A stretch of 62,985 nucleotides of DNA, the filler included, from Octopus bimaculoides (Eukaryota): assembly GCF_001194135.2 (NCBI RefSeq). It is 6 parts of 6 records of this genome, joined end to end, with 100 filler letters (N's around TTAATTAATTAA, not from the genome) between each part and the next. Parts side by side here need not be neighbours in the genome. Positions count along the whole stretch, not along the records: positions 45,569 to 62,985 come from NC_068987.1; 5 more parts are not named here. One strand, given 5' to 3'. A model generated the notes under the pieces. It did not search any database, was not told where the DNA came from, and saw only the letters and a program-made list of their open reading frames with translations. This document shows, one piece after another, positions 61,101 through 62,985 of the stretch. Position numbers and translations under genes: made by a program. Every line of letters starts with the position of its first letter. Position 1 is the first letter of the stretch.

Positions 61101-62504
61101 NNNNNNNNNNNNNNNNNNNNNNNNNNNNNNNNNNNNNNNNNNNNNNNNNNNNNNNNNNNNNNNNNNNNNNNNNNNNNNNNNNNNNNNNNNNNNNNNNNNN
61201 NNNNNNNNNNNNNNNNNNNNNNNNNNNNNNNNNNNNNNNNNNNNNNNNNNNNNNNNNNNNNNNNNNNNNNNNNNNNNNNNNNNNNNNNNNNNNNNNNNNN
61301 NNNNNNNNNNNNNNNNNNNNNNNNNNNNNNNNNNNNNNNNNNNNNNNNNNNNNNNNNNNNNNNNNNNNNNNNNNNNNNNNNNNNNNNNNNNNNNNNNNNN
61401 NNNNNNNNNNNNNNNNNNNNNNNNNNNNNNNNNNNNNNNNNNNNNNNNNNNNNNNNNNNNNNNNNNNNNNNNNNNNNNNNNNNNNNNNNNNNNNNNNNNN
61501 NNNNNNNNNNNNNNNNNNNNNNNNNNNNNNNNNNNNNNNNNNNNNNNNNNNNNNNNNNNNNNNNNNNNNNNNNNNNNNNNNNNNNNNNNNNNNNNNNNNN
61601 NNNNNNNNNNNNNNNNNNNNNNNNNNNNNNNNNNNNNNNNNNNNNNNNNNNNNNNNNNNNNNNNNNNNNNNNNNNNNNNNNNNNNNNNNNNNNNNNNNNN
61701 NNNNNNNNNNNNNNNNNNNNNNNNNNNNNNNNNNNNNNNNNNNNNNNNNNNNNNNNNNNNNNNNNNNNNNNNNNNNNNNNNNNNNNNNNNNNNNNNNNNN
61801 NNNNNNNNNNNNNNNNNNNNNNNNNNNNNNNNNNNNNNNNNNNNNNNNNNNNNNNNNNNNNNNNNNNNNNNNNNNNNNNNNNNNNNNNNNNNNNNNNNNN
61901 NNNNNNNNNNNNNNNAATAATAATAATAATATGATTGTGTGTGTTTGTCTGCTTGAATACCTTTAAATTGTAAATATGGGGGGGGGGGGCTATTTGATTT
62001 CCAGACTGTAAATCGTTCATTCATTCCTAATGAAGATTGATCATTCATTGTGATTATAGTTCAAATTTATGATAAATGCTGTTTAAGTTTGATTACCTAC
62101 GGTTATGATATATAACTCATAGCAGTATAACCAACCCGTCCAAAAAAACGCATTAGGTACTTCCAGCTTGGAGGTATATCCCATCAAGTGTTAGTAAATA
62201 GAGAAAGGTGTCAGAATTTAATATTTAAAAGTATGTGTTTGATATTTTACACATACTTAAAGTGACTTTAAGAAATTTGGTCTAATGTGAGATTAAGTGC
62301 TCTATTGTGATCCAGGAAACGCAAACAATTATGCTTTTGCTGGATTGAAATGATAGGTAGATAGCCAGAGACTCGGGGAGACAGGCAGACAGAGAAACGC
62401 AGGCGCAATGACATAAAGACATACAGACACACAGACACACAGACAGACAAACAACTAAATGGAATGATGCATAGATGGATACATGCATGGATAGATAGAT
62501 TGAT

Positions 62505-62542
<38 letters not shown>

Positions 62543-62725
62543 GTAGATAGATAGATAAACAGACATACAGAAATAAAGATAGACAGACAGAGAGACATGC
62601 GGATAAACAGAGAGACAGATAGATANNNNNNNNNNNNNNNNNNNNNNNNNNNNNNNNNNNNNNNNNNNNNNNNNNNNNNNNNNNNNNNNNNNNNNNNNNN
62701 NNNNNNNNNNNNNNNNNNNNNNNNN

Positions 62726-62985
62726 CGAATTGACTTCCAGTCCGCCCTGTGGAAATTCAGGTTGGACATTGCTTGGGTGTCAGTGGGTTGCCTAGGACCA
62801 TACATAGTTAACTCTATAATGTTATGATCTGAGAGAGATGTGGGCGTTATTTTCACATTATGGATTAGGCTCACATTGTTTGTGAAGCAGAGATCTAAAA
62901 TATTGCTTCCTCTGGTTGGTTGGAGTATCACTTGTTCCATGAACAGCATGTGGGATAGTTCTAACAAAGACTTTGCCTGGCTTTG
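62726..62985 (-). mobile_element. CR1/L2/Jockey-group LINE APE endonuclease C-terminal fragment
   Basis: EQVILQPTRGSNILDLCFTN...TSLSDHNII...LNFHRADW in an open frame; runs off the window end. Confidence 0.8.

Overview
AT-rich, microsatellite-saturated eukaryotic DNA (intergenic or intronic) with many N gaps. It is stitched from six contigs by artificial 100-bp spacers (44N-TTAATTAATTAA-44N), so adjacency across those spacers is not guaranteed. The SINE repertoire and simple-repeat load suggest an octopus or other coleoid cephalopod; this is inferred from remembered repeat families and was not searched. No intact host protein-coding gene, rRNA, true tRNA or CRISPR array is supported, and nearly all listed ORFs are microsatellite or N artefacts. 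The window is a transposon graveyard: about 25 tRNA-derived SINE copies (my labels A-D) with shuffled heads and tails; a full-length dead mariner plus three other Tc1/mariner remnants; two R4/Dong-like RLE LINEs in tandem at (TAA)n tracts; RTE-like, L1/Tx1-like and CR1-like LINE fragments; a Penelope GIY-YIG remnant; a young gypsy-like 3' LTR with its polypurine tract; and MITE/foldback elements. Most interesting: (1) a structurally near-complete type I hammerhead ribozyme at 57657-57736, with an inactivated inverted copy just upstream; (2) nested SINE-tail/(TAA)n/Dong-like LINE insertions; (3) an intronless signal-peptide reading frame at 26476-26887 (-) broken only by TGA and TAG, both directly before Cys codons; (4) modular SINE chimeras; (5) a 1.1-kb foldback whose arms run through hAT-like ends.
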